In this document: positions 18,365-29,109 of the stretch, piece after piece
Numbering within the stretch: position 1 is the first letter of the stretch
How the letters are laid out: each line of letters opens with the position of its first letter
Assembly (NCBI RefSeq): GCF_002571385.2
Contig: NW_019217905.1
Location: forward strand, 348,049 to 412,048
Origin: Stylophora pistillata
Taxonomy: Eukaryota
DNA length: 64,000 nucleotides
Direction of reading: 5' to 3'
Notes under the pieces: model-generated
The model's database searches: none
What the model saw: only the letters and a program-made list of their open reading frames with translations
Told to the model about the DNA's origin: nothing
Translations under genes and position numbers: made by a program

Positions 18365-21337
18365 CTAATCTTGCTTCACGATCAACAGATGACTCCAAGT
18401 CAGTCCATCAAGTAGAGTATTGCCGTTATCTGTCTCTATGCTCAGCGATGTGTTTGCTTGGAAATACAACAAAACGGAATGAGTCGTATTTACCCAACTA
18501 TTTCGTGTGTTGGGCAGCGGCATCAATATACCGCTCGCCGTTCTCACAAACGAATTGCTCAAGGTGAATTTGAGATTTGTCAGATGTTTAGACTTTACAC
18601 CATCGATGTATGTGACCAGATACATACCGGCGTTGTTGATTATGATTTTTGTATCGTCTGAACTGTTCACTGTGAAATCAGCGTTATCACTCTGTGAAAC
18701 GTTTGTGGAATGATCTGATGTTCCATTTACGTAAAATGTTACCTGTGTCACATTGTTATGAGCGCAGTTCCCTCGATACCAGATCTTCTTTGTTGCGTTT
18801 GTCAGCGCCGTCTTTGTCGCTTTTGTATCGATATTTGTCTGTAAAGTTGTTTGCATATCATCGACGTACTTTTTCGTCACAGCGGAAGAGGCTACGGTCG
18901 GCTCAAATTCGAGAGTGAGTTTAGAATTTATGTGCGTTCCTCCGCTCGCGAAGCTATACCAACTCGTCCACACATCTTTTGGCAAGCTGTTGTGATAGCC
19001 CTTTGATCCATAGACTATCACATAGATGGGAAGTTTCTGATCGTATGACTGGCCAGCTTTGTTTTTAATCACAACGTCAAACATCAAATAGTTTGGCGTC
19101 GCATTTGACCACTTAGTCATGTGAAGGAGGATGATGAGGTGATTTTCAAATCGGTTGCTACGCTGAGTAGAAATCGTTTCAACACTGCTGGTCGCCGTTA
19201 GAGTCACACTGTTCGGATCGACTTTACTCGATAGCCAACACACCTCACAGACGACCGTATATGCAGATCTGTCCGCTTGATACATGTTCACGCCAAAACG
19301 AGAAGAATAATAACCCTTGGCGGTGTCCAGGCTTAAATCAAACGGTTTGGTTCGAGGGTTGGTGGGGTAGAGAACAACCTGGTCTGTGATATTTTTGCCG
19401 GTGATGTCGTCCTCGTCAGAGAACTGACTGTTGCTGCTCATGATGTATGAGAGGTCGTTACTCAGCTGGGGTCCCGCTATGCTATCCGCGAATCTGTCCT
19501 CGACAAACTTTTTGTTGACCAGCTCGTCATCGGCTGAAGGCGTATGAGAAGAAGTCACTCTGTTAGGGCCCATTACAAGATCACCTGTCATCGTATCACC
19601 CGATTTGCTGACCTTGGTGTTCGCTAGATTCGTAGCAGTTGTTGTGCATTGGTCTACATATTTTTTGCTTACAGCTTCATCGTTATCTGAGAAGGTATCC
19701 GGGAGGTTTACGATTTTACGTTTACGCGCGTCTAAAGTTTGCTTGTCGTTAAGGGTGCGAAAGCTTGGTATGGTCTTCTTTGTATTGTCAACGTAGACTT
19801 GAGTAACATTGCTGAGAGTTGTCATATCGAGATATGCCTGCAGATGTCTCTTGATCGAACCAGCCTCGTATCTACTGACGAGTGTGTTTGAATTTTCGTA
19901 TGTAGACTGCTGCGCAGTCGTCATGCCTAGATAATTTTCGCGTTTGGTGTTGATTACATCTTTACCATTCATATCGAGGCTGGCCGTCATCTTCTGTGTA
20001 CCATCCAAGAGCAACACAGCTGATGTATCCGCTTTGCCGCTCAAGCCGTTCAAAACAGTCGATGAATCAGCCTTTTTAGCCAATTCGGTGTTGAGTTTGT
20101 TTAGATTTACAGCAGCTGTACCGCTGAGCGGTTGATCGCTTAGACCGGTAACCTGTCGGTCTGCCCCATGTGTGCTTGTGAAAGTTATTTTCTTCTTCAA
20201 ATCTGAGAGATCGATGTTACTGCCCGACCCTGAACCAGCAGGGCCAGTAGGTCCTTTAGGCCCTTGAGGGCCTCTGTCACCTTTGTCGCCTTTGTCGCCT
20301 TTCACTCCTTGTAAACCTCTTGGTCCTGTAGGTCCTCTCGCCCCAGCAGGTCCTTGAGGCCCTTGTGCTCCCTTGTTGAAAAGAAGGGGATTCTGCTCCT
20401 GGGATGAAAGCTTGTTTGCGTTGAGAATCCACACAAACACGTGTCTTGGTTGTTTCACAGCGTTTGTTATTCTGAATGTACCGTTAACCTGTTGAAGCGG
20501 GCTAGATACAATGATCTCCTCACGCAAGTAGCTCCATGTGTGGGGTTTGAGATACTCGTCCATGTACTTCTTTTGACCTTGAGCGTTGAATTTGATGATA
20601 GGCACCCATAATTTGAACTTAGTTATGATGTAACGCCCTTCAGCCGCCGCGTTGGATCGCAAAAAGACGTTATCATCGTCTTCAAGCCTAACTTGGATAG
20701 TAACCCTTCCATTGGGTGCTAATTGTTCCTCCATCGAGTCAAAAAAACCAAAACGGTTGAGCGGTAGGTGGATATTATTCTCTGCCGGATCACCTGTGGC
20801 GAGAAGAATTTGTCGTTTGGCAAAACCTTCGTTATAATACGCATTGTCAGTTGGTTCAATGTTTTGAGCGTTTCCATCAAGATCTAGTGTTGCATACTTA
20901 TGGCTCACTGCACCGGTGGCGGTATCCTTGTAAAAAAACTGTCGAGGCCCTACCTTCTTCGCATGCTCATCAGTCATCTCTGTGAGATTCTTTACATTTA
21001 CCACGTGGTTGGCTGCGGGGAGACCGAGGACCCGAGTGCCATCAAAAGAGATTTTGATATCTTCGATTAGACTAAAACCTCCGTTGATGATAGCTACAGC
21101 ATCTGTATCAGCGTAGTTTAAACCGTTTGCTTTTTTGTTGATCTTGAAATCTATTTCGAAGTAAGCGTTATACCAGTCGGGGACAGATTCAGAAGCTGTA
21201 GTAGTGTCTACGGTAAATTTATAAGCATCTTTCTGCTGATAGGCCCCGTTAGCAGGTGCTGCTTGCAGTGGTGTGTCGAGTTCGTATGAGTAATATTCAT
21301 ACGCCTTGGCGTATTTTGAGGTTCTCATCTGAGACAT
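18365..21337 (-). CDS. Chimeric ORF: N-terminal ~321 aa of the double jelly-roll major capsid protein fused to a collagen-repeat fibre-like protein
   Basis: MCP-type motifs [36 protein letters not shown] and [13 protein letters not shown] are followed by ~15 Gly-X-Y triplets. These are followed by repeated (A/L)V(N/S/T)KK(Y/F)V(D/E) and MTGDL motifs and a beta-rich C-terminus (NAGMYLVTY). Confidence 0.85.
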   Translation of the reverse strand: MSQMRTSKYAKAYEYYSYELDTPLQAAPANGAYQQKDAYKFTVDTTTASESVPDWYNAYFEIDFKINKKANGLNYADTDAVAIINGGFSLIEDIKISFDGTRVLGLPAANHVVNVKNLTEMTDEHAKKVGPRQFFYKDTATGAVSHKYATLDLDGNAQNIEPTDNAYYNEGFAKRQILLATGDPAENNIHLPLNRFGFFDSMEEQLAPNGRVTIQVRLEDDDNVFLRSNAAAEGRYIITKFKLWVPIIKFNAQGQKKYMDEYLKPHTWSYLREEIIVSSPLQQVNGTFRITNAVKQPRHVFVWILNANKLSSQEQNPLLFNKGAQGPQGPAGARGPTGPRGLQGVKGDKGDKGDRGPQGPKGPTGPAGSGSGSNIDLSDLKKKITFTSTHGADRQVTGLSDQPLSGTAAVNLNKLNTELAKKADSSTVLNGLSGKADTSAVLLLDGTQKMTASLDMNGKDVINTKRENYLGMTTAQQSTYENSNTLVSRYEAGSIKRHLQAYLDMTTLSNVTQVYVDNTKKTIPSFRTLNDKQTLDARKRKIVNLPDTFSDNDEAVSKKYVDQCTTTATNLANTKVSKSGDTMTGDLVMGPNRVTSSHTPSADDELVNKKFVEDRFADSIAGPQLSNDLSYIMSSNSQFSDEDDITGKNITDQVVLYPTNPRTKPFDLSLDTAKGYYSSRFGVNMYQADRSAYTVVCEVCWLSSKVDPNSVTLTATSSVETISTQRSNRFENHLIILLHMTKWSNATPNYLMFDVVIKNKAGQSYDQKLPIYVIVYGSKGYHNSLPKDVWTSWYSFASGGTHINSKLTLEFEPTVASSAVTKKYVDDMQTTLQTNIDTKATKTALTNATKKIWYRGNCAHNNVTQVTFYVNGTSDHSTNVSQSDNADFTVNSSDDTKIIINNAGMYLVTYIDGVKSKHLTNLKFTLSNSFVRTASGILMPLPNTRNSWVNTTHSVLLYFQANTSLSIETDNGNTLLDGLTWSHLLIVKQD

Positions 21338-21387
21338 GTTACTTGTTGTTTGTTGAGGTTTTGATCTTGATGAGAGTCAAGACTTTT

Positions 21388-21924
21388 TTATTGCAAAAAA
21401 AGTTTATCAAAGAGACTAGACACTTCTGAGGGTTCTTTTTTAGTTTTAGGCTTAGCACCTTTAGCACCATTGGTAGCAGTAGTACCTTGAGTACTAGGTG
21501 TAGTACTAGACGTACTTGCTGGTGCTTGAGTTCTCCACGATTTATCTTGTTGTAGCAGCTTTACAAGCTTATCTCCTTTGTTTTTCTCTGTCGCATCAGT
21601 CGTGACTGGTGTCACTTGTGGTGTGACTTGTGGTGGTTGACTAGCATCACCTTGCGACCGTTTTGAAAATTTATCATAGACCGTTTCACCGACTAATTGC
21701 CCCATCTTATCACCGATTTGCTCAGCACCCTTCTCAATCGCTTTAGTCCCCGCTTTTGTTGCAAGCTCTTTCGCAGCTTTACCCGTAACCTTGGCAGCTA
21801 CTTTTGAGGCTACATTTTTGACAACGTCAAAAATTCCTTCACCTTCTTGCGCTTGGTAAGTGTCGTCAATATTTTGTAATATGGGTTTGCCATCAACACC
21901 CAGTTTTATATGTTTTCGACCCAT
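21388..21924 (-). CDS. Putative virion core/membrane-active precursor protein
   Basis: GEG|IFD motif followed by the amphipathic helix IFDVVKNVASKVAAKV; located between penton and MCP. Confidence 0.65.
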   Translation of the reverse strand: MGRKHIKLGVDGKPILQNIDDTYQAQEGEGIFDVVKNVASKVAAKVTGKAAKELATKAGTKAIEKGAEQIGDKMGQLVGETVYDKFSKRSQGDASQPPQVTPQVTPVTTDATEKNKGDKLVKLLQQDKSWRTQAPASTSSTTPSTQGTTATNGAKGAKPKTKKEPSEVSSLFDKLFLQ

Positions 21925-21986
21925 GACAAAGTCTTGTTTTTATTTATATCAGGGTAAGATATAAATAATTATGTTTTTGAAAACGT

Positions 21987-22775
21987 TTACTTTAGCAAAA
22001 GTGTTAGTGAGACGGCTGTGCCGTTGAGGTCTAATGGCCTCCCAAGGGAATCGGTTATGTATATCCGCAAGTCTCTGATAGTGCTCGTGTTTATTTTGTT
22101 ATATTTCTTTTCCATCGGTTCGAGATGCAAGGGGAAACTGAGGGGTAAATTATCAACCGAAAATCGAAAGAGAACGTCCGATCCTTTCCCACCAAAAACC
22201 GAATCGGAGATAATATTTGTACGGATATAAATATCATCCACCGAGCGAGTGATATCTGGCAGCTTGTCACCATAACTGGTCGCTGTCACGATTTTCTTTG
22301 TAAAACCGATAAGATCTCCAAAGTCACCTGTTCGCAGGTCGACTTGATAACCATCATCGAGACCGATCAGACATTTGAAAAGGGCCGGTACAAATTTGAG
22401 CTCGATGCCGGTTTTAGAATGCTTCGAAGATTCAAGCTCTCGCTTAATATAAGCGTTTAGTTCTGAATAAGAGAAATTCCCATCAGGGAATTCGATTTCA
22501 TGCCACGTGTTCCCAGAATCGTGACTATATTTGAGTTTGTTGTTGTTGTAGGTGTTGCTAACGTTGTACCACGCGTACGACATCGCCAATTCGTCAAGAG
22601 CAACATAGTATTTTGTGTTTGGGTCTAACTTCATCACAGGGTTGAAGGTAGTAGTAAAATTGTGGCTCACACCTCTCGAACAACTCAGAGAGCTAATACC
22701 GATAGGAGTTGGAGGTTTATGATTTGAGGCAATTTCCATGTTGACTGCAATTATTTGGTCAAGCTTAGATTCCAT
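21987..22775 (-). CDS. Minor capsid protein (penton, single jelly roll)
   Basis: Motifs NFTTTFNP..YYVAL, PDGNFSYSELN, DIYIRTNII and IYITDSLGRPLDLNG..VSLTL, typical of Polinton pentons. Confidence 0.85.
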   Translation of the reverse strand: MESKLDQIIAVNMEIASNHKPPTPIGISSLSCSRGVSHNFTTTFNPVMKLDPNTKYYVALDELAMSYAWYNVSNTYNNNKLKYSHDSGNTWHEIEFPDGNFSYSELNAYIKRELESSKHSKTGIELKFVPALFKCLIGLDDGYQVDLRTGDFGDLIGFTKKIVTATSYGDKLPDITRSVDDIYIRTNIISDSVFGGKGSDVLFRFSVDNLPLSFPLHLEPMEKKYNKINTSTIRDLRIYITDSLGRPLDLNGTAVSLTLLLK

Positions 22776-23920
22776 TAGCTCAGATATTTTTGTATGTATG
22801 CATCATATTGTTTTTTCGAAATTTGGTTTTTCTTCCGGAGGTAATCGATAATCTCGATTATTGCGTTACGAAGGTCAATAGATGTGTTACCCGCTTCTCT
22901 AGAGGCTGTCAACATCTTTAATTTTTCTATGACTTCTTTGATATCGGTAAATATGAGTCCTCCAGCCATTTTCGCTTTGCCAGAAGACTTGTGTAAGGGA
23001 AGGCCGGCGAGTTTTGAGAGATGTTTGAACATTTCGATTGATTTTTGTGAATAATTTGTTTTGGGGTTGTGTCTCTTTGTTAAGAGATTAATGAGAGATT
23101 TGTCACCTTGTTTTTCATAAACCGGTTGACCGGTTGAAAGATCACTCGCTTCAACCACCATTTCGTTAAATAGGCGAGGAATGTTAATGAGGAGGCCACC
23201 AAATTGTCCGTACCCATTAACTTTGTAGGCATTTCGTTTTGGTTGTGTATATTTACGCTTTTTGCGACCCTTGAGACCTTGACCTTGCGTGACAAGTATT
23301 TCATCACCATCCATGAATAAAGTAAGACGATCTCTATATTTTTTCAGCGTCTTGACTTGTCTCTCGAGTTTTTTGATTTCGTCTTTATTTACCTCTTTAG
23401 CATTCGACATACCGGCCTTGACTTTGTTCGCGTGGGTGATTCTATCATGCAAATCAAACATGTGTCCATCGTAATCGAATTGCTCCTCAAGTATCTGTTT
23501 GAATGCGGTTTTAGGTGTTTCATAACCGAATTTTTTAATAAGTTCAAGTTCGCCGAGTTCGTCTTGGGTGAAATCTTTGTCTGGGTCTGGGACTTTCATT
23601 TTCGGTTTAGGTGGTGGTTCAAGAGCTGTTGGGCTTTGTGGTGGGCTTTCGAATGTGTCTAGCTCTTTGAGAAACGAAAGATCTTGAGTAAGAGCCTGTT
23701 GATTCTCATCTAATTTTGCAATGAGCTGGTTTTGTTTGTCGTCTATTGTTTGTTTGACCTTGGACAATTCCTGTGTGATCGGTTTGAATTCCTTCTCGCG
23801 TTGGATAGCGAAACTTTGCTGTACATCTTTGTAGTCTTGTACAGTCTGATAGATTTTTCTTCGCGTGCGATCGTTTTCGAGTTTGAGAGCCATATCTTTC
23901 GAAAAGTTGGCAATATCCAT
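22775..23920 (-). CDS. Polinton PZ-like protein (likely start MDIANF at 23920)
   Basis: N-terminal FKPIT coiled coil and C-terminal LKMLTASREAGNTS..NAIIEIIDYL signature; its stop overlaps the penton ATG. Confidence 0.75.
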   Translation of the reverse strand: MDIANFSKDMALKLENDRTRRKIYQTVQDYKDVQQSFAIQREKEFKPITQELSKVKQTIDDKQNQLIAKLDENQQALTQDLSFLKELDTFESPPQSPTALEPPPKPKMKVPDPDKDFTQDELGELELIKKFGYETPKTAFKQILEEQFDYDGHMFDLHDRITHANKVKAGMSNAKEVNKDEIKKLERQVKTLKKYRDRLTLFMDGDEILVTQGQGLKGRKKRKYTQPKRNAYKVNGYGQFGGLLINIPRLFNEMVVEASDLSTGQPVYEKQGDKSLINLLTKRHNPKTNYSQKSIEMFKHLSKLAGLPLHKSSGKAKMAGGLIFTDIKEVIEKLKMLTASREAGNTSIDLRNAIIEIIDYLRKKNQISKKQYDAYIQKYLS

Positions 23921-24078
23921 GTTTTTGTTAGTGGTCAAGATAATTTTTTTAATGAGAAAACACGAAGTGTTCACATGTTTTGCATGCGTGAAGGTCATCT
24001 GTTTGCGTTTCACATGATTTCAAGTGAATCACATGGTCAACACCTCGTGATTCATTTGTATGCAGAGCACGTTTCATG

Positions 24079-24602
24079 TGGGAATAGTTTCTCCTGCTGG
24101 AGAGGGGGGTTTAGAAATATTATGGGAATAGTTTCTCCTGCTGGAGAGGGAGATTTAGAAATATTATGGGAATAGTTTCTCCTGCTGGAGAGGGGGATTT
24201 AGAAATATTATGGGAATAGTTTCTCCTGCTGGAGAGGGGGATTTAGAAATATTATGGGAATAGTTTCTCCTGCTGGAGAGGGGGATTTAGAAATATTATG
24301 GGAATAGTTTCTCCTGCTGGAGAGGGGGATTTAGAAATATTATGGGAATAGTTTCTCCTGCTGGAGAGGGGGATTTAGAAATATTATGGGAATAGTTTCT
24401 CCTGCTGGAGAGGGGGATTTAGAAATATTATGGGAATAGTTTCTCCTGCTGGAGAGGGGGATTTAGAAATATTATGGGAATAGTTTCTCCTGCTGGAGAG
24501 GGGGATTTAGAAATATTATGGGAATAGTTTCTCCTGCTGGAGAGGGGGATTTAGAAATATTATGGGAATAGTTTCTCCTGCTGGAGAGGGGGATTTAGAA
24601 AT
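24079..24602. repeat. 44-bp minisatellite, 12 near-identical units, inside the Polinton
   Basis: Unit TGGGAATAGTTTCTCCTGCTGGAGAGGGGGATTTAGAAATATTA starting at 24079, 24123, ... 24563. Confidence 0.97.
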
Positions 24603-24647
24603 TTGCATAAAACCTAGACACCACAAAAAGCCGTCACACAACACGCC

Positions 24648-24814
24648 GTCAAAATTATACCATATGCACAATAATTTGACGTGAATGCGTTGGACCGAGC
24701 CGCCAAAAAGTGTCAAATTAATGAAAAATGGGGGAGAAAAGTGCAAATTAATGTATAATCACGATAATATGACGTGAATCATGAAACTGTCCTCGAACCG
24801 GCACTTATCCTACT
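24648..24814 (+). repeat. Degenerate internal copy of the right TIR
   Basis: 24648-24720 closely matches 25336-25408. It ends gaaccggcacttatcctact, versus the true end gaatcggcaacatgcctactact. Confidence 0.8.
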
Positions 24815-24819
24815 TATTT

Positions 24820-25272
24820 TTACTTATTTAAAATAAATAAATGATCTTTGGCAGATTCAACATCCCAACCACGCTTTTTTAGCAAATCATATAAATCTTT
24901 CTTTGTCATCTTATACAATCCAACAATCGGTGGGTTATTATAACTCATTGCAATTGACATGAGTTGATCCTTTGTAAGTATACAATCTTCAATGCTGTAT
25001 TTGTATAACATTGTTGGTGAAGCCATTGGTTCATCTTCAACAAGACCTCGCTTTCTGAGATCGTTGTAGAGTTCCTCTTTTAGTTTTTTGACTGATATTT
25101 TATTATCTTTTGCAATCACTTTTAGCTCATATATTGTGTAACTTTTAATATCTCCTCTGACAAGGTTTTTCTCTCGCATCTTTTTAAACAGGTCATTCTT
25201 GTTCAATTCATATATGCTCTTCATATTTGCGTCTTGCGCAAGCTTTCGCAGTTGAGCAATTGTATAATACAT
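24820..25272 (-). CDS. Three-repeat Rho-N/HeH-like protein (150 aa)
   Basis: YTIAQLRKLAQDANMKSIYELNKNDL; YTIYELKVIAKDNKIS..KLKEEL; LTKDQLMSIAMS..GLYKMTKKDLYDLL. Confidence 0.8.
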   Translation of the reverse strand: MYYTIAQLRKLAQDANMKSIYELNKNDLFKKMREKNLVRGDIKSYTIYELKVIAKDNKISVKKLKEELYNDLRKRGLVEDEPMASPTMLYKYSIEDCILTKDQLMSIAMSYNNPPIVGLYKMTKKDLYDLLKKRGWDVESAKDHLFILNK

Positions 25273-25330
25273 ATCGGTTTTGGTTTTATAAAGTTGCTAA
25301 AGTGTTTAAATAAAGTATGACTTTTTTCCC

Positions 25331-25539
25331 AAAGTGTCAAAATTATACTATATGCACAATAATTTGACGTGAATGCGTTGGGCCGAGCCGCCGGAAAGTA
25401 CCAAATTATTGTATATGCACAATAATTTGACGTGAATGTCGTTGAGTTAGGCCTTGAAAAGTACTAAAAATAACTAATTTAACTTAGATTCTCGTTAATG
25501 TGACAAAAGTGTGCCAGAATCGGCAACATGCCTACTACT
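25331..25539 (-). repeat. Right terminal inverted repeat of the Polinton
   Basis: Reverse complement of 8892-9100. Confidence 0.95.
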
Positions 25540-25609
25540 GAGATCACGGAATGCGTAAGCGAAACTGCTATGTAAACATTGGAGTTGAATTCTTATTGAA
25601 GATATCGCA

Positions 25610-25701
25610 GTTACGACCCTCCACTGTCGAGCCGTACCAGTCTTGCTTAGGTTATGTTACGACCCTCCACTGTCGAGCCGTACCAGTCTTGCATAGGTTA
25701 T
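25610..25701. repeat. 46-bp tandem duplication
   Basis: gttacgaccctccactgtcgagccgtaccagtcttgc(t/a)taggttat x2. Confidence 0.9.
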
Positions 25702-27286
25702 GTGTGTGCCTTTTGAGTCAGTCGACGTGTGCGCAATCAGTTTTCCTTTGTGTATACAGTGTGTAATTACCAGATTTATCTATCTCTCTTTTGTCATTGA
25801 TGTTATCAGACGAGATCTCGGAATATCTGTTTTCACGTTAAAGTACTTCTACTATATGAAATCATTTTTGGTACAATCGTACAAAGCAAGCAACTCAGGT
25901 GTCTCGTTAACACAGACCTCAAGCAGACCGCAGACCGCACAGCTCGAAAAACGTGTACCCAGTGTGTAATTACAAGATTTATCTCTCTTCCCGTTGTTAT
26001 CAAACGAGATCTTGGAATGCGTCGTGAAACTGAGACTAATTTCATTGTCAGTGACAGTGAGATAACAGATAAAAATAGGCAGACCAGCTGACCGTGTGGG
26101 ATTTTTGATTTTCCGGCCTGTTGGGAATTGACTCCAGATAGAATATTCAACACACTTATAATCGCAACCGATCTACTTTTTAATCTATCTCTTATGAAGG
26201 GTGAATAGGTTCTCAGCTACCGCTAAACTGGATTTTTGTTGGGGTGAGTACTTAAAATTTGAAATGAATTGTTTCATCAGTTACATTTCGTTGATATAAG
26301 AACTGCACAAGTAATTGGAAACCATGATACACGCGCTTTGTCAGTAGAAGTTATGGATGAATGATCAAAACCACGAGGTCGCCATTAAGAGTACGAACAC
26401 ATTAAAAAGCAAGCGGTCTGTGTTTTCGCGGACTGTTTTTTTCGAGACGCTTGTAATTTATTTGAAATTCTCCAAACCTTTCCACTTGAACCTGTCGTAA
26501 ATTTTTAGGATAGTTTACGTATCATCGTGAACCTTGAAAAAAATTTATCGGTTTCGTGCTAGTATGGCTGTCGTAAACAGAAAGCCCTTGGGAAAGTGTC
26601 TATGATTCTTGGCATCAAATTTTATCTCCTTCATCTCCTTCGAACTTTGCATTTGGGCGGGGAGAGAATTGCCACCTGGTTCGTTTTGAAATGCACCGCC
26701 AAAACGAGTAGAAGTCGACGTTTTGGTGAAATACCTCTGCATCCCACTTTAGCGCTCAATCTACCCAATCGTAGCGTCTTTGGTTCAACAATCCTCCCGC
26801 AAGAAACGTGTCGAAATTCCAGTGTTCATCGTTATTTTGTTCTTGAAAAATGACACAATCACCGAATAATGTCGGTGATGCCTTATAACAGTGCGGTGTT
26901 TTGGTGAATAAACATCCTGCCGTTCCAGGAATGTAGTTGATGGATTGTCAAACAAACGACAATAACTGAATCAACTGACCTCGAATGACACAAAACGGAC
27001 TTGACGTACCGAGTGGTTTCCTATGACAGATGTTTGCATTATCAGACTGTCTGTATGGTCAAATTCCAAAAATATTGCGTATTTATCATTTTTGGTGCAT
27101 TGAATGTATGACTGCAAACTCGTTTCGGTGGAAATCCGGCGCATACACCAGCAATATTAATTGCTTGTTTAGTTCTGAGCATTGTATAAATATTTTCAAT
27201 AGCCCACCTGGATTTTAACATCTTTTACTTAAAGTAACGCATGGTCATTGAGCTCCTTTGAGATAAATTTCTAATTTGTAATTACT

Positions 27287-27574
27287 TGTTACACGACTGA
27301 GCCTTGCTTGATGAAGAACACAACACCTCGACCGTCGAATTATAGGAACTAGACGCATAACTGCGTGAACTCGGACTTTCAATATCGCACATCTGGAGTT
27401 CTCTTTAGGAGACTGCCATATTGCCATCGTTACTGTCGTTGTAGAGTTTAATATGCGTATCTAAACTACGGATTAAACCGGATTACACCGCGGTCCTTAA
27501 CTCTCCGACTCCGTACTTTCTTCTTCTCGTTCCTATCCTATAATAGTCTTTTATATATCCCGGCATGCACTACA
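27287..27574 (-). repeat. Putative 3' LTR of the Gypsy element
   Basis: On the minus strand, the polypurine tract GGAGAAGAGGGGT (27587-27575) directly precedes TGTAGTG. A TATA-like GATATATAAAAG follows, with candidate end ...GTGTAACA at 27287. Confidence 0.6.
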
Positions 27575-27702
27575 ACCCCTCTTCTCCTAAGGAGAAGACT
27601 TAACATAACGAAACAACATGAACGGGTCAAAACGTCTCCAACACGAGCCGGATTAAAGTGTTCGGTGAACTAATTAAAATGTTCAATAAATGCTCAACAG
27701 TC

Positions 27703-28589
27703 TCACTCTTTCACCGAACAGAGTTCATACACTCCGTAATCTTTTAAGTACTCCGGTGGCCTCCTTTCCCTCACTGGTCTCCCTTGGGGTTCTGTTCTCC
27801 TTCCAGTGTCATCTTCCTCGGAAGAGTCATCTTCAGCAACTTGTTCATCTGCGGTTGTATCCTCTCTCAAGTATTTCTTAACATCGGCCACGTTTCTCCT
27901 CATGTTAACTCCTTCGGGTGACGATATATGACCTCGTGACCGTGCTTCTTGCTGATGGTATATGGAAGTGGGCCATAAGCAGTCGAGAGTTTGTTCTCTT
28001 TCTTTTGTTTTAAGAGTACTAAATCACCAGGTTCTAGTTCGCTCTCTTGAGCTCTCCTTTTACTATCAGCATAGTCGGTTCTCTCCTGCTTCATCTCTGC
28101 ATCCTTGTCTCTCGCCTCACTGTCAGAGTACCTCGAGTTTCCCAGTTCAGGAATCTTTGATCTGATTTCCCTGTTGAACAGGAGTTTGGCCGGTGTGACG
28201 CCTGTACTGGTGTGAGGTGTAGTTCTATAGGCTGTTAAGAACTTTCGCATCTCGGTCCAGATATTCTTTTTTTCAGCTTTAGCAATCTTAAGGGCTTTAA
28301 GCAAGCTTCTGTTCTGTCTTTCAACCTCCCCATTTGCTTGAGGCCATAGGGGGGTCGAGGTGCGGTGTTCTATATCATTTGTTTCCAGGAAACGTTCAAA
28401 TTCATCGGACACAAACTGTGAACCGTTGTCAGTTTTCAACGACTGTGGTAACCCATGGGTACAGAAAATCTTATCCAAACTCTCAATGACTTTAGTGGAT
28501 GTCACGGACGTCAGAATGTCCACTTCGAAATATCGGCTGTAATAATCAACCACGACCAGTACATATTCCCCCGTGCCATGCCCAGCCAT
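27703..28589 (-). mobile_element. Ty3/Gypsy LTR retrotransposon integrase region (5' part in gap, frameshift near 27903)
   Basis: Motifs VVVDYYSRY, LKTDNGSQF, PQANGEVERQNR and YRTTPH..TGVTPA, plus a C-terminal RNVADVK..RPVRERRPPEYLKDY. Confidence 0.92.
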
Positions 28590-29109
28590 ANNNNNNNNNN
28601 NNNNNNNNNNNNNNNNNNNNNNNNNNNNNNNNNNNNNNNNNNNNNNNNNNNNNNNNNNNNNNNNNNNNNNNNNNNNNNNNNNNNNNNNNNNNNNNNNNNN
28701 NNNNNNNNNNNNNNNNNNNNNNNNNNNNNNNNNNNNNNNNNNNNNNNNNNNNNNNNNNNNNNNNNNNNNNNNNNNNNNNNNNNNNNNNNNNNNNNNNNNN
28801 NNNNNNNNNNNNNNNNNNNNNNNNNNNNNNNNNNNNNNNNNNNNNNNNNNNNNNNNNNNNNNNNNNNNNNNNNNNNNNNNNNNNNNNNNNNNNNNNNNNN
28901 NNNNNNNNNNNNNNNNNNNNNNNNNNNNNNNNNNNNNNNNNNNNNNNNNNNNNNNNNNNNNNNNNNNNNNNNNNNNNNNNNNNNNNNNNNNNNNNNNNNN
29001 NNNNNNNNNNNNNNNNNNNNNNNNNNNNNNNNNNNNNNNNNNNNNNNNNNNNNNNNNNNNNNNNNNNNNNNNNNNNNNNNNNNNNNNNNNNNNNNNNNNN
29101 NNNNNNNNN

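Larger units (their letters stand above)
8892..25539 (-). mobile_element. Polinton/Maverick (adintovirus-like endogenous virus), both ends present, 6-bp TSD GAGATC
   Basis: Starts AGTAGTAGG at 8892 and ends CCTACTACT at 25539. GAGATC lies at 8886-8891 and 25540-25545. Encodes pPolB, integrase, ATPase, MCP, penton, PZ and PLA2. Confidence 0.97.

Noticed and set aside
18365-20371. Bacterial autotransporter adhesin or contamination
   Set aside because: No signal peptide or beta-barrel anchor; it lies inside a TSD-bounded Polinton in an intron-containing scaffold.
23921-24013. N-terminal extension of PZ in the ORF track
   Set aside because: It starts at a non-ATG codon and looks non-coding; ATG 23920 in an A-rich context is more plausible.
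24079-24602. CRISPR array
   Set aside because: Units are contiguous and near-identical with no unique spacers, there are no cas genes, and the context is eukaryotic.
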